A stretch of 64,000 nucleotides of DNA, taken from assembly GCA_025558095.1 (NCBI GenBank), contig JAIVFI010000012.1, positions 1 through 64,000 of the forward strand, written 5' to 3'. The notes under the pieces were generated by a model. The model saw only the letters and a program-made list of their open reading frames with translations. It was not told the origin of the DNA and ran no database searches. Position 1 is the stretch's first letter; each line of letters begins with the position of its first letter. The stretch comes from Hyaloraphidium curvatum SAG 235-1 (taxonomy: Eukaryota > Fungi > Monoblepharomycota). Both the position numbers and the translations under genes were made by a program. This document shows positions 32,294 to 43,085 of the stretch, in pieces.

Positions 32294-33893
32294 ATAACCG
32301 ACGGCCGGCGTTTCAAGTGGACGTTCTCGTACACCTTCGACAACGGGCGGATCGTGAAGTGGGACCTCATCCCCGCCAAGGAGATGGACATCGAGCCGCG
32401 GGTGCACAACAACAAGTTCTACACCCGCCAGTACAAGTACCCGTCGGCCAAGGACCCCGCAGAGGCTAAGCGGAAGCAGCAGTCGCTTTCGTCGATCGAG
32501 TCCATCCGGGGCAACCTGTCGCCGGACAAGCAGCGGCAGCGACGGCGCCGCCTGGATCCCGGCGAGGTGCTCCCCTGCGACCTCACCGACCACCAGTGCG
32601 AGGAGCTGCTCGAGCAGCGCCGCGCCAAGTTCATCAGGGTCGCCGACAAGACCCAGGAGGAGGCCGACGAGATCTGGAGGAAGCTTGGAATGCTACCGGG
32701 CACGGCGCGCTACGAGCTGGAAAGGATGTGTCCGAGCGACTATGTGAGGCGTTCGAAAGGCATCCCGCGGAACAACAAGCGCCGCGAGGGGTGGCGGAAG
32801 GAGGCTGGGGTCCTGAAGGCGAGCACCATTTCGCGGAACGTGGCCTGAATCGATCTCTGAACTTCCCGTGTCGTGACAGGAGGCCTGCTTTTGGGATCCG
32901 GAGAAGAAGGACTATGTCACGCGCTCTTGTTCCGTCGAGGAGTGGTCGTCGAAGCTGCCGACGCCCCGGACCGCGGACCCCGAGGAGTTCGAGAGGCACG
33001 CAGTCTGCATGCTGCGCACGCTCCCCGGGCTTATCGGTGGGTCGAGCGAATCCTCTTCGTTGCAAATCGACAACGTTCTGACGACATTCTATTGATGCAT
33101 AGGTCACTACGGACGCTACCGTGAACGGTGAGCTTGTGACAACTGCCGTCCAATGCCGTGACTAAACCAGGGGATCCAACAGGCAGCTGCGCATGACAAG
33201 CAAGCGCCGTGGGGACCACACGATGGCCAAGATCGCTCAGGTCTACTTTGCGCCCAACGTGCTGGTCGAGCCGTATGATCCTGGAGGCAGCAAGCAAGTG
33301 GGCGCGCCGGGCGTGATCAGCATTATCCGTGGCGAGGACGGCAAGGAGTGGATCTCTTTTCAGAGCAATGTTGGGACCGTACTTCCATACGGCGACGCGA
33401 ATTTTTCGACCAGCATCCGGGGAAGGGCTCCCACTCCGAACCGTCAGGTGCTGTGGGAACGGGAAGCCTTCATTGGGATCACTGACGATCGATTCTTGCG
33501 CAGCTCGTCAAATCTCTTCGGCGCCTCGAGGAGGAAGGCAAAGACCCGCACAAGAACCAGCACCTGCCGGCTTGGCGCAAGGATCTGTGCCTCTCGTTCG
33601 TCCGCGAGTTTCGAACCTCGCGGATGTGCAGGGAGTGCCACATCACCGTGCTCAAGCAGGCGAAGGGCAGGGAGTGCGTGTTGCTGCAGAACAACAAGAC
33701 GATCTGGGGTGTTAAATGTGAGTTCGTCCGCCGCGGGAAACAGGGGATGAGCTGAGCGATCCTTGTAGACTGCGAGCTCTGCAACGTGATGTGGAGCAGG
33801 GACATCAGCGCGGCGTTCAACATCCTCTGGATCTTCTTGTTTACCATCCTCAACAACGGTGACAGGCCCGAGGGGTTTTTCGTTGAGGTTTGA
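32294..33893 (+). mobile_element. Fanzor (Fanzor1-like, eukaryotic TnpB/IS200-IS605 family RNA-guided endonuclease) gene, six exons, apparently 5'-truncated
   Basis: Exons 32294-32818, 32880-33036, 33103-33127, 33171-33447, 33504-33717 and 33769-33893 splice to about 440 aa without stops: ITDG, LDPG (D 32555-57), LPTPRT...HYG...LRM, YGDANFSTSIRGRAPTP, VREFRTSRMCREC (E 33606-08), CELC, WSRDISAAFNI (D 33801-03), RPEGF. Confidence 0.85.
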
Positions 33894-34050
33894 GAGTGTG
33901 GGTCTAGTGAGAGTGGCTGTATGCCTTGCGACGTTAGTCGCATTTTTGAGTAGTAGTAGAAACCCAACAGCGCTTTCGCCTTCCTTGGCCCTCTGTGCCT
34001 CAATCGGTGCGCGTCTATCCGTGCAACCGGCTCTAGGTGCCAGCCTGACC
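33894..34050 (+). ncRNA. Candidate Fanzor omegaRNA / element right end
   Basis: Immediately 3' of the Fanzor stop codon. Hairpins TGCGAC-GTTA-GTCGCA (33927-33942) and CGGTGCGCG-TCTATC-CGTGCAACCG (about 34005-34029). Support is positional and structural only. Confidence 0.35.
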
Positions 34051-34117
34051 GCCGTGGTGGCCTTCCGCGCCCCATTCGACGATGCAGACCCGTCTAGCCA
34101 ACGTCTCCCACGGAAGG

Positions 34118-35748
34118 ATGGCGAGCATCAAAACCCCGATCACGGACCTCTTCGGCATCAAGCACCCCGTGCTCCTGTCGGTGCAATCGCATCCCCTTCG
34201 TTCCGGGCCCGGTCGGCTGAGTCGCTTCCGTGGACAGGGCCGGGATGGGTGCCGTCGCGGGGCCGGAGCTCGTGGCCGCCGTTTCCAATGCCGGAGGGAT
34301 GGGGGTCCTCGGCGGCGTGTACTTTGCGCCTCCTGCCCGTCGGTATCCCCGCCAACGCGGTCCCTGCACGGCCTGACGGGCGCTCCCCGCAGTGCGCCGC
34401 CAGATCAAGGAGATCAAGGCCGACCTCAAGGATCCCAACCTGCCCTGGGGCATCGACCTCCTCCTCCCCCAGGTCGGACCAACTTCTCTCGGCCCCTTTG
34501 GCCGTGCTGACCGCCGGTCGGACAGGTCGGCGGCAACGCAAGGAAGACCAACTACGACTACACCGGCGGCCACCTGCCGGAGCTGATCGACATCATGATC
34601 GAGGAGAAGTGCAGGCTCTTTGTTTCGGCCGTCGGCGTGCCGCCCAAGTGGGCCGTCGACAAGGTCGGCCGGCGTCCGAAACCGCCGCGCGATCGTCGCT
34701 CACTTGCGTTGCGGTTCCGCAGCTCCACTCGGCCGGCATCCCCGTCATGAACATGATTGGGTGAGCATGTCCCTGTCCTGTCGCTCGTCCGGGTCACCGA
34801 TTGCTCCGCAGGGCGGCCAAGCATGTCGCCAAGGCCCTTGAGGTCGGCGTGGACATCATTTGCGTGAGTTCCCGTCCGGCGCCGACCTTTCCTTTCTGAC
34901 TCGGGGGCTTGGTCCAGGCCCAGGGCACCGAGGGGGGTGGTCACACCGGTGGGTAACGAAAACCCGCTCCGTTTGACCCATCTCTGATGCGTCCGCGTGC
35001 AGGCGAGGTCGCCACGAGCGGTACGGCACCGCGTTCCCTCCTTCCGCGGGGCCCATCTCACCCGCCCCGCAGTCCTCATCCCCAAGGTCTGCGACCTCGT
35101 CAAGGGCCGCACCTCCCCCCTCAACGGCAAGCCCATCCTCGTCGTCGCCGCCGGCGGCATCGCCGACGGCCGCGGGCTGGCGATGGCGCTCGCGCTGGGG
35201 GCGTCGGGGGTGTGGGTCGGCACGCGGTTCGTGAACAGCAAGGAGGCCGGGGCGAGCCCGAGGCACCAGCAGCACATCATCAAGGCCACGCACCACGACA
35301 CCATCCGCACGCTGATCTACTCGGGGAGGCCGCTGAGGGTGTTCAAGACGCCGTACGTGGCCAACTGGTGCGTCGCTCTCGCCGCCGAGCGTTCCACACG
35401 TCGTCCTCTGACCTTTTCTGGACTCGACAGGGAGGAGAACCGCCAGGAGGAGATCAAGCGCCTCACCTCGGCCGGCGTCCTGCCGCACGAGAACCACGTC
35501 AAGCAGATCGAAGCATCCGGCCGGGAGGTCACGGGCCAGGAGATGGTGGAGCAGAGCGCGATGCTGATGGGCCAGGTGCGTCCGCCTCCGCTGTCCGGCC
35601 GCCTCATTATGCTCATCCGCGAATCTAGGTCGCCGGCAACATAGACGACGTCCTGTCGGCAGAGACCATCATCAACAACATGGTCACGCAGGCACAGGAC
35701 ATCCTCGTCGGGGCGGCGGCGATGGTCAACCCGAAGGCAAAGATGTGA
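34118..35748 (+). CDS. Nitronate monooxygenase / 2-nitropropane dioxygenase family FMN enzyme with PTS1 (-AKM), many short exons
   Basis: ITDLFGIKHPVL, AAVSNAGGMGVLGG, PWGIDLLLPQVG, AQGTEGGGHTG, VAAGGIADGRGLAMALALGASGVWVGTRF, LMGQVAG, ending PKAKM*. Confidence 0.9.
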
Positions 35749-35936
35749 GGCGGCGGTTGCGCGTCGGCTTTCAAGACCATGATCTGCGGTAGCCATTGCT
35801 TGCGTAGCCGCCATAGGAGAGGGAGACGTCTCGTGTACGTTGCAAAAGTGGACGAAGAGGTGAATCGTGCGGGCGGCTGTGCGGGGCCTTCGAGGGTCGT
35901 CGGTTCCGCGCCACATTGAGTCCGGCTGCCCTCGCC

Positions 35937-37753
35937 ATGCCATCCGGGGAATTCGCCGCCGCCGACTTTGCCGCCCTCGCGGCGAGAATCAACGGGCGCG
36001 TCGTGCAGCCCGGCGATGCGGACTACGACGAGCTCCGGCTGTCGGTGTGGAACAAGGTGCTCGACGCGAAGCCGACGGCCATCGTGCTGCCCGAGACGAC
36101 GTCAGACGTGCAAGCCGCGATCAAGTTCGTCGCGCAGAACAAGCTCGAGTTCACCGGTGAGCGATCGCGGGAATCGCGCCCGCACGGCTCGCGATGTGAC
36201 GGTGTCCCCGAATTGTCCCCCACGCAGTCGCCGGCGGCCGCCACACCCTGCGCTGCTTCAAGACCGGCGCCGTGGCCATCGACCTCCGCAGGATGTGCGG
36301 CGTCGCCGTCGACGGGGAGAAGGGCGTCGCGCACGTGGGCGGGGGCGCGAAGCTGTTCCACCTCGACTCGGAGTGCGCCGCGCACGGCAACAAGTTCGCC
36401 GTGGCCGGTACCAACAAGACCACGGGCGTCGGCGGGTACATGATCGGCGGCGGGTGGGGATTCATGGCCCGCAAGCACGGCATGGCCGTGGACAACATCG
36501 TCGGGGCCGACGTCGTGACGGCCGACGGCAAGCTGCACACGGTCAGCGCCGAGAACGAGCCGGACCTGCTGTGGGCGATCCAGGGCGCCGGTGCAAACTT
36601 TGGCGTCGTCACCAAGGTCGGTTTCTTTGCGGTGCCGTGATTGCTTTTGTCCTTGGTGTGGGGAGATCGGCACGACGTGCATGCCCCGACGGGCGTGGCC
36701 TAACAGCTGCTAACGAGATTACGCGGATACAGCTGGTCGTCAAGATCCACCCGGTCAACGCCTGCGTCGGCGGCCTCGTCATCCGCCCCTTCTCCCCCGA
36801 ATCCGCCTCGCACGTGATCAAGAGCTACGTCTCGCGCTTCCACGGCCCCGGCGCCAAGCCCGACGACGAGGACGCCTCCTCGTTCGTGCTCACGTACGGC
36901 CCGCCCGGCCCGGACGGGAAGCAGCCCCGCGTGGCGATGATGCTCTGCAGCTGGGTCGGCGAGGGGACCGCGGAGCAGGCCAAGAAGGCGCTGGCGGACC
37001 TGACGGAGGACAAGGAGCAGAACGTGGTGGCCAACACGGTCGGGGAGATGCCGTACGCGGAGGGGCTGCAGCAGATGATGGCACCGGTGCAGCCGCCCGG
37101 GCTCTGGTGCGTCTTTGCCCGGCACCCTCTACCAACGAAACCGATTGACACTTCCCAACTCATCCAGGATCGAGAAGGCCATGTTCGTCGAGGGTGCCCT
37201 CAAGCCCGAATTCCAGCAGATCCTCATCGACACCTTTGCCGACTCGCCCACCGAGGGCTGCGCGATCGTGTGCCACCCCCTCGGCGCCAAGATCGCCTCC
37301 CTCCCCCCCGACGCCACGGCCTTTCCTCATAGGGTGGCCAATGGAAATTGGGTAGTGATGATAGGGCGGACGGACGACCCGGCGGTGTTCCCGAAGCTCG
37401 AAGCGTGGATGCGCAAGTGGTACGAGAAGTGGAAGGTCGTCATCGGCTTTGCTCGGTCCCGCCTTTGCTGTGCTGACGCCTTCCCGCCGCCGGCAGCCGT
37501 ACAAGACGGGCGCCTTCGTCAACGAGATCGGCAGCTTCTGGACCGAGGACACGGAAAAGGGCGCGCTCAAGGACGTCGCGGCGACCAAGGCCGACTACTG
37601 GGGCTCCAACCTCGGGCGGCTGGCCGAGCTCAAGGCAAAGTACGACCCGAACAACCTGTTCAGGGTGGGTCGCTCGCTGTGCGCCGGCGAGGAATGCGGG
37701 TTTGAGCGGTTGTGCCGCAGAACCACAACAAATCGCTGGCGACGACCAACTGA
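35937..37753 (+). CDS. FAD-binding oxidoreductase (6-hydroxy-D-nicotine oxidase/BBE family), multi-exon
   Basis: PGDADYDE...WN, AGGRH, TGVGGY.IGGGWG..ARKHG..VDN, DLLWAIQGAGANFGVVT, YWGSNL.RL..LK.KYDPNNLFRNHN. Confidence 0.9.
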
Positions 37754-37960
37754 GCGCGACGGAGCAGTTCGTGCGGCGAAAGAATCGAGTGTATCTTCAG
37801 TCCGTCAATCAAGTGGCAATCTATCGCTCTCTGCCTCCTCCGTGTCATCCAAATCCGTCAAGTGCCGAAAGACCAATTGTCCAGTCCATTCACGCGCAAT
37901 CAAGTCTGGTCCGAGCAAACCCGGCCGACGAACGATCCACCCGCTGCCCTCCCCGAGTCC

Positions 37961-39191
37961 TCACTTCCCCCCGCCCCCCTTCTCCTGCGCCGCAGCCGCC
38001 GCCGCGGCGCTCGCCAGCGTGGCAAAGTAGTCCTTCTCCCCCTCCTCGGCGCCCTTGGGTTCCCGCACCTGGACCTCGCTCTCCTCGCTCCCCAAATCGT
38101 CGCTCCCATCCCCGTCGTCGCTCTTGTCCTCCTCCTCCCCCCGCTCCGCGGCCGCGGGCTGAACCGCCTGCACCTGCTGCTGCTGCCCCCCGGCTTGCTG
38201 CGCGCCCTGCTGCGGCTGCACAAAGTACCCGACGCCGTACGGCTGGTAGTACACCCCCCCTCCCTGCGGCATCTGGTAGTACTCGTAACCCCCGCCGGGC
38301 GCCGCGACGAGCGGGACGGGCAGCGGCACCCCCGCGCGGGCGTAGAGCAAACCGTGCTGCGAGAGCAGCGCCTGCTGCGCGGTGGCGGTCGCCAGCGCCG
38401 TCGTGAGCTGCGCCGTCGTCGGCTCCGCGCTCACCGCCAGCGCGGGCGCCTGCGCGACCGAGAGCGGGACCGGCTGCGCGGCGGCGGCGGGCTGGGCGTC
38501 CGCGGGGACGACGGCGTCGGGGGGCGCGTTGGGGCCGAGCATCTGCTGCCGCCGCATGAGGCACTTGGAGCGGCCGCGCTCCGAGGAGAGGTGCCGCTTG
38601 AGGGCGTCGGAGCGGGGCCAGGAGGCGCCGCACTGCTGGCATTGGTAGGGGTTGACGCCGTTATGGAGACGCTGGTGGCGGTTGCGGTCGTGCTTGCGTG
38701 CGAACTGCAGAAGGGGCTAAAGGTCAGAACCCAATAAAATAAAGGGCCCGCTCCGACAGGCAACCGACCATCTGGTCGCAGAACTCGCACTTGTGGGCCT
38801 TTTCGCCGCCGTGGGTGAGTTCGTGCGAGAGCAGGTTGTGCTTGCGCGTGAAGGTGCGGTCGCAGTGCGGGCACTGGAACACGCGGCCCTTGCCCCTGCC
38901 CTGCGGCGGGTCGGGGATGTCGTGCGGCACGGCTATCGATGCCTGCTGCGGCGGCGGCACGGCGACGTGCGAGATGTGCAGGTTGGGTGCGGCCTGCTGG
39001 TAGTACTGGGCGGGGATGGCGCCCTGCGCGGCGAGGCCGCCCAGCGCCGCCTGGTTCTGCAGCAGCTGCGCGTACTGCGCCTGCGAGATGGACAGCGCGG
39101 TGCCGGGCACCTCAGGGTGCTGGATCAGCACCATCGGCGGCGGCGTGCCGCCCGTCAGGTGCGGGAACCCGGCGCCCGGCTGGCCGGCCAT
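37961..39191 (-). CDS. C2H2 zinc-finger transcription factor (three fingers, Crz1-like); 5' end uncertain
   Basis: FQCPHCDRTFTRKHNLLSHELTH-GGEKAHKCEFCDQM|FARKHDRNRHQRLH-NGVNPYQCQQCGASWPRSDALKRH, with Gln/Ala-rich and acidic regions and one intron at about 38707-38768. Confidence 0.85.
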
Positions 39192-39666
39192 GGGGAGCGG
39201 CGGCTGGGGCGCTGACAGGAAAACGTCACCACGTTGCCGTGCAGGGGCGCCGTCTCAGCGGCGGGCTGGGTGAGGGCGGGGGAGGGCGAGGGAGGGCAGG
39301 TGAAGGGCTGAGGCGCAGGAAGCGCGCGCGGCCATCCGTAGTCGTGCCCCCCGCACCCCACTCCGATCAGAGATCAATAATTGAAGGCAATCAAATTCAT
39401 CTCAAAACAAGCCGACGAGTGCGGACTGGTGCTCCGATTTACTTTTCCTCTGGAATTCGCGGGGCTGGGAGGTGGGTGTGACAGCTCGTGAGCCCGTGTG
39501 ACGATCTAGCCTCGAGAAAAACCCAGATCCAGCTTGCTCTGCCTTCCATCAGGCAGCCCAGTGGGTGTTTTGGGTTTTATTCGACGCCCAGGGGCCGGTG
39601 GAGGGCCGCCGCTTGCGTGTGTTTGCCCTCAGGCGGCGGCGCCTCCAATATCGCCACCGCCGGCCA

Positions 39667-42600
39667 ATGCCCACGCTGCCCGGCCGCCCGCCGCGCGCGC
39701 TTCGACCGCTCGCGTCGCTGGCCGCTCTGCTCGTTGCGGCTGCGCTGCCCGCCCGCGCGTGCCCGGCTCCCGCGTTCCTGCAGCCCTTTCTGTGCGCCCG
39801 CCGCGGCCCGGCCCGCGCCTTCTCCGCATCGCCCCCGCGTGGCCTCGCCGTTCCCTCTCAGCCGGCACACGCCATGGCCGCCGTCGCACAGGCCGCCTTA
39901 CCCACCCCGCCGATGCCCGACATCCCCCACGCCCCGACCACGCGGCTCATCACCGCCCCGGACGACAAGTTCGGCCTGCCCGTCCGCACGCCCTCGCTGC
40001 TCTCCCGCAAAACGCTCAAGATGGTGCTCGGAAACAGGATGAACGTCGTGCTCGTCTCGGACCCGCTGGCGTCGGCCGCTGGCGCCGCCCTGGCCGTCGA
40101 GACCGGTTCGTGGCGCGACTCGCGCGAGGGGCAGGAAGGGCTGGCCCACTTCCTCGAGCATATGCTCTTCCTGGGCACGGAGAAGTTCCCGCAGGAGAAC
40201 GCGTACGACGCCTACGTCGCCGCGCACAACGGCCAGATGAACGCCTACACCTCGAGCGACCACTCGCTGTACCACTTCGAGGTGGCGCCCGGCGCCCTCG
40301 AGGGCGCGCTGGAGAGGTTCGCGTGGTTCTTCCGCGGGCCGCTTTTCAACGAGAGCTGCGTCGATCGCGAGCAGAATGGTGGGAGCTGGCGGTATCGACT
40401 TTCGTTTCGCGTTTGCTGATCTCGACCTTCCCTCATTGCCTGCGCTTTCCTCGCACTGTTGACCTCTGTCGTCCTCTATTCACGCGACAGCCGTCGACCA
40501 GGAATTCCGCCGCAACATCGAGTCCGACCCGTGGCGCCTCCTCCACGTGCGCAAGGAGCTCTCCAACCCGTCGCACCCCTTCTCCCTCTTCAACACCGGC
40601 AACCTCCAGACCATGAAGCTCATCGACCGCCGCATGCTCCGCGTCTGGTTCGACCGGTACTACTCGGCCAACCTCATGAACCTGTGCGTCGTCGGCCGCG
40701 AGCCCCTGCGCGAGCTCGTCGCCATGGTCGAGCGCCACTTCGGCCCCGTGCGCGACGTCGGCGCCACCCCCGTCCCCATCCCCCCCGAAACCGGCCCCGT
40801 GTTCCCGCCCGAGGCAACGCACGGCAAGTGGGTCCGCGTGGAGCCCCTCAAGGACCTCCGCGAGCTCGGGATCACGTGGGAGCTGCCACCCCGCGCGGGC
40901 TTCGCGGACCTCGACACCAAGCCCGCCGGCCTGCTCGGCCACGTGCTGGGGCACGAGGGACAGGGCAGCCTGCTGAGCTATTTGAAGGCCAAGCTGTGGG
41001 CCGAGGAGCTGAGCGCGGGAAGGAGCGAGATGGGAGTTGACAACGACACGTTCGAGGTCAGCGTGAGCCTGACCGAGGAGGGATTGAAGCACGCGGACGA
41101 GGTGGTCGGGGCAGTGTTTGCCGCCCTGGAGCGGTTCCGCCGGCTGGGTCCCTACCCCGAGTACCTCTTCGAGGAGCTCAACCTTATGGCGCGGATTGGC
41201 TGGGACTACCAGCAGCGCGGCCGGGGTACCGCGACGTCGTACGCCGGCATGATGCGGCGTGAGGGCATCGAAACGTTCCCCGGGAGGCAGCTCTTCATCT
41301 CGAGGTTCGACCCTGCCGGCGTCGCGCGGCTCGCGGACTTCCTGCGGCCCGAGAGGGCGATGGTCACGCTGGTGGCCAAGGAGCACCTCGACGCCGACGG
41401 GCTCAAGATCGACCTCGACAAGACGGAAAAGTGGATGGGCGCCAAGTACGCCGTGCAGCCCTTCACCCCCGCGCAGCTCGCCGCGTGGTCCTTCCCGGAA
41501 CCGCTGGCCGAGGTCTCGTGGCCGGCGCCCAACCCCTTCATCCCGCGGGACCTCAGGCTGCTCAACGACCCCGACCCCGCCGCGCTCGCCGCGCTCGCCG
41601 AGGGCCGCCCGATCCCGCCCTTCCGCCACCCGCCCGAGCTGCTCCGCGACGGGCCCGAGGGGCGGACCTACCTCGCGCGCGACGACGAATTCTTTGTCCC
41701 GCAGTCGTCGTTCGGGTTCCACATCCTCACCCCGCGCATCCGCCCCGGCTCCGCCGAAGGCACGGTGGACGCGCAGCTCTATCTGCGGTTCGTCCACGAG
41801 CGCCTCTCGGAGCTCTCGTACCCGGCGCACTACGCCGGGCTGTCGTACGACGTCTGGGTGCACCAGAATCGCGGGCTCGGGGTCAACGTGACGGGCTACT
41901 CGGAGCGGCTTCCCGCGCTGCTCGACTCGGTGATGGCCGCTGTGGTGTACCCGCGCCCCACGCGCGGGGAGTTCGAGGTGTTCCGCGAGAGCCTGGAGAG
42001 GGGGTACCGCAACGCCGAGAAGGAGGGGCCGGTGAGGCAGGCGATGGAGGTGGCGAGCTCGGTGCTGTACAGGGACCACGTGGCGAGCCCGAGGCTGGCC
42101 GAGGCGGCGGCAAAGGCGACGTTCGAGGGGCTCGAGGCTTTTGTCAGGGGGTTGTTCGACAGGACGTACCTCGAGGCGGTGGTGGGAGGGAACGTGGATG
42201 CCGAGGCGGCCGAGAAGGCGGTGCAGACCGTGAGGGCCAAGCTTGGAAAGGGGACGGTGACCATGGACGAGGTCAAGAGGTGATATTGCTCGACCCGGTC
42301 GATCTGAACGTCGTGCTAACGTCTTCGTTCGGCAGATCCGAACTGATGCCGCTCGACGGCACGCGGCCGCTCGTCTTCCAGCCGCCGCCGCTCAAGGTCG
42401 CCGGCAACGGCTTCGTGCTGCTCGTCTCGCTGGGCGAAAAGACCAACGCCGCCCGGCTCTCGTCCGAGATGCTTTCCAAGCTCCTCAAGGAGCCCTTCTA
42501 CTCGGAGCTCCGCACGGTCCAGCAGACGGGCTACCTCGTGCACTCTGGTTCCATGCTCGCCGGAAACAGGGAGCTCTTCCTGCAGATGGCCATCCAGAGC

Positions 42601-43011
42601 AACTCGCACGACCCCCGCGACCTGCTCGCGCGGTGCGAGCTCTTCCTCGAGTCGTTTCTGCGCGGGCTGGCCGAGAACGCCGGGGAGAGGGAGCGGTTCG
42701 AGACGCTCAAGGCCGGCGTGGCGGAGAAGCTCAGGCAGCCGTACGACAACATGCAGGGCAAGGTCAGGTATCTCGAGCAGCTCGCGTTCGACGAGGACGG
42801 CGACTTTGACATGGTCGCGGAGCGGCTGGCGCTGCTGGAAAACTACACTTTCGAGGACCTGCAGGCGTTTGCCAACGCGACGCTGGGCAAGGGCAACAGG
42901 AAGAGGCTGGCGGTGCTGACGACCGGCAACGACCCCGAGAACGTGGCGGGGAACTACCTCCCCAGCGACGTGGCCGAGTATAGGAAGGAGAGGGTGCTCG
43001 CGAAGCTGTAG
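39667..43011 (+). CDS. M16A metallopeptidase (pitrilysin/insulysin family), two introns
   Basis: GLAHFLEHMLFLGTEKFP (HxxEH), NAYTS, HPFSLFNTGNL, YYSANLM, LGHEGQGSLLSYLK, PFYSELRT.QQTGYLV, ending VLAKL*. Alternative ATG at 39874. Confidence 0.9.
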
Positions 43012-43085
43012 TGGGTCGTCTAGTAGATCGCGTCTTGGGGTCTATCTATCTCTGTATCTCTCCCGCCCCTTCCACCCCCCGCCCA

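Noticed and set aside
32160-34117. Terminal inverted repeats or a transposase for the Fanzor element
   Set aside because: None visible by eye, so the transposon superfamily cannot be assigned from this window.
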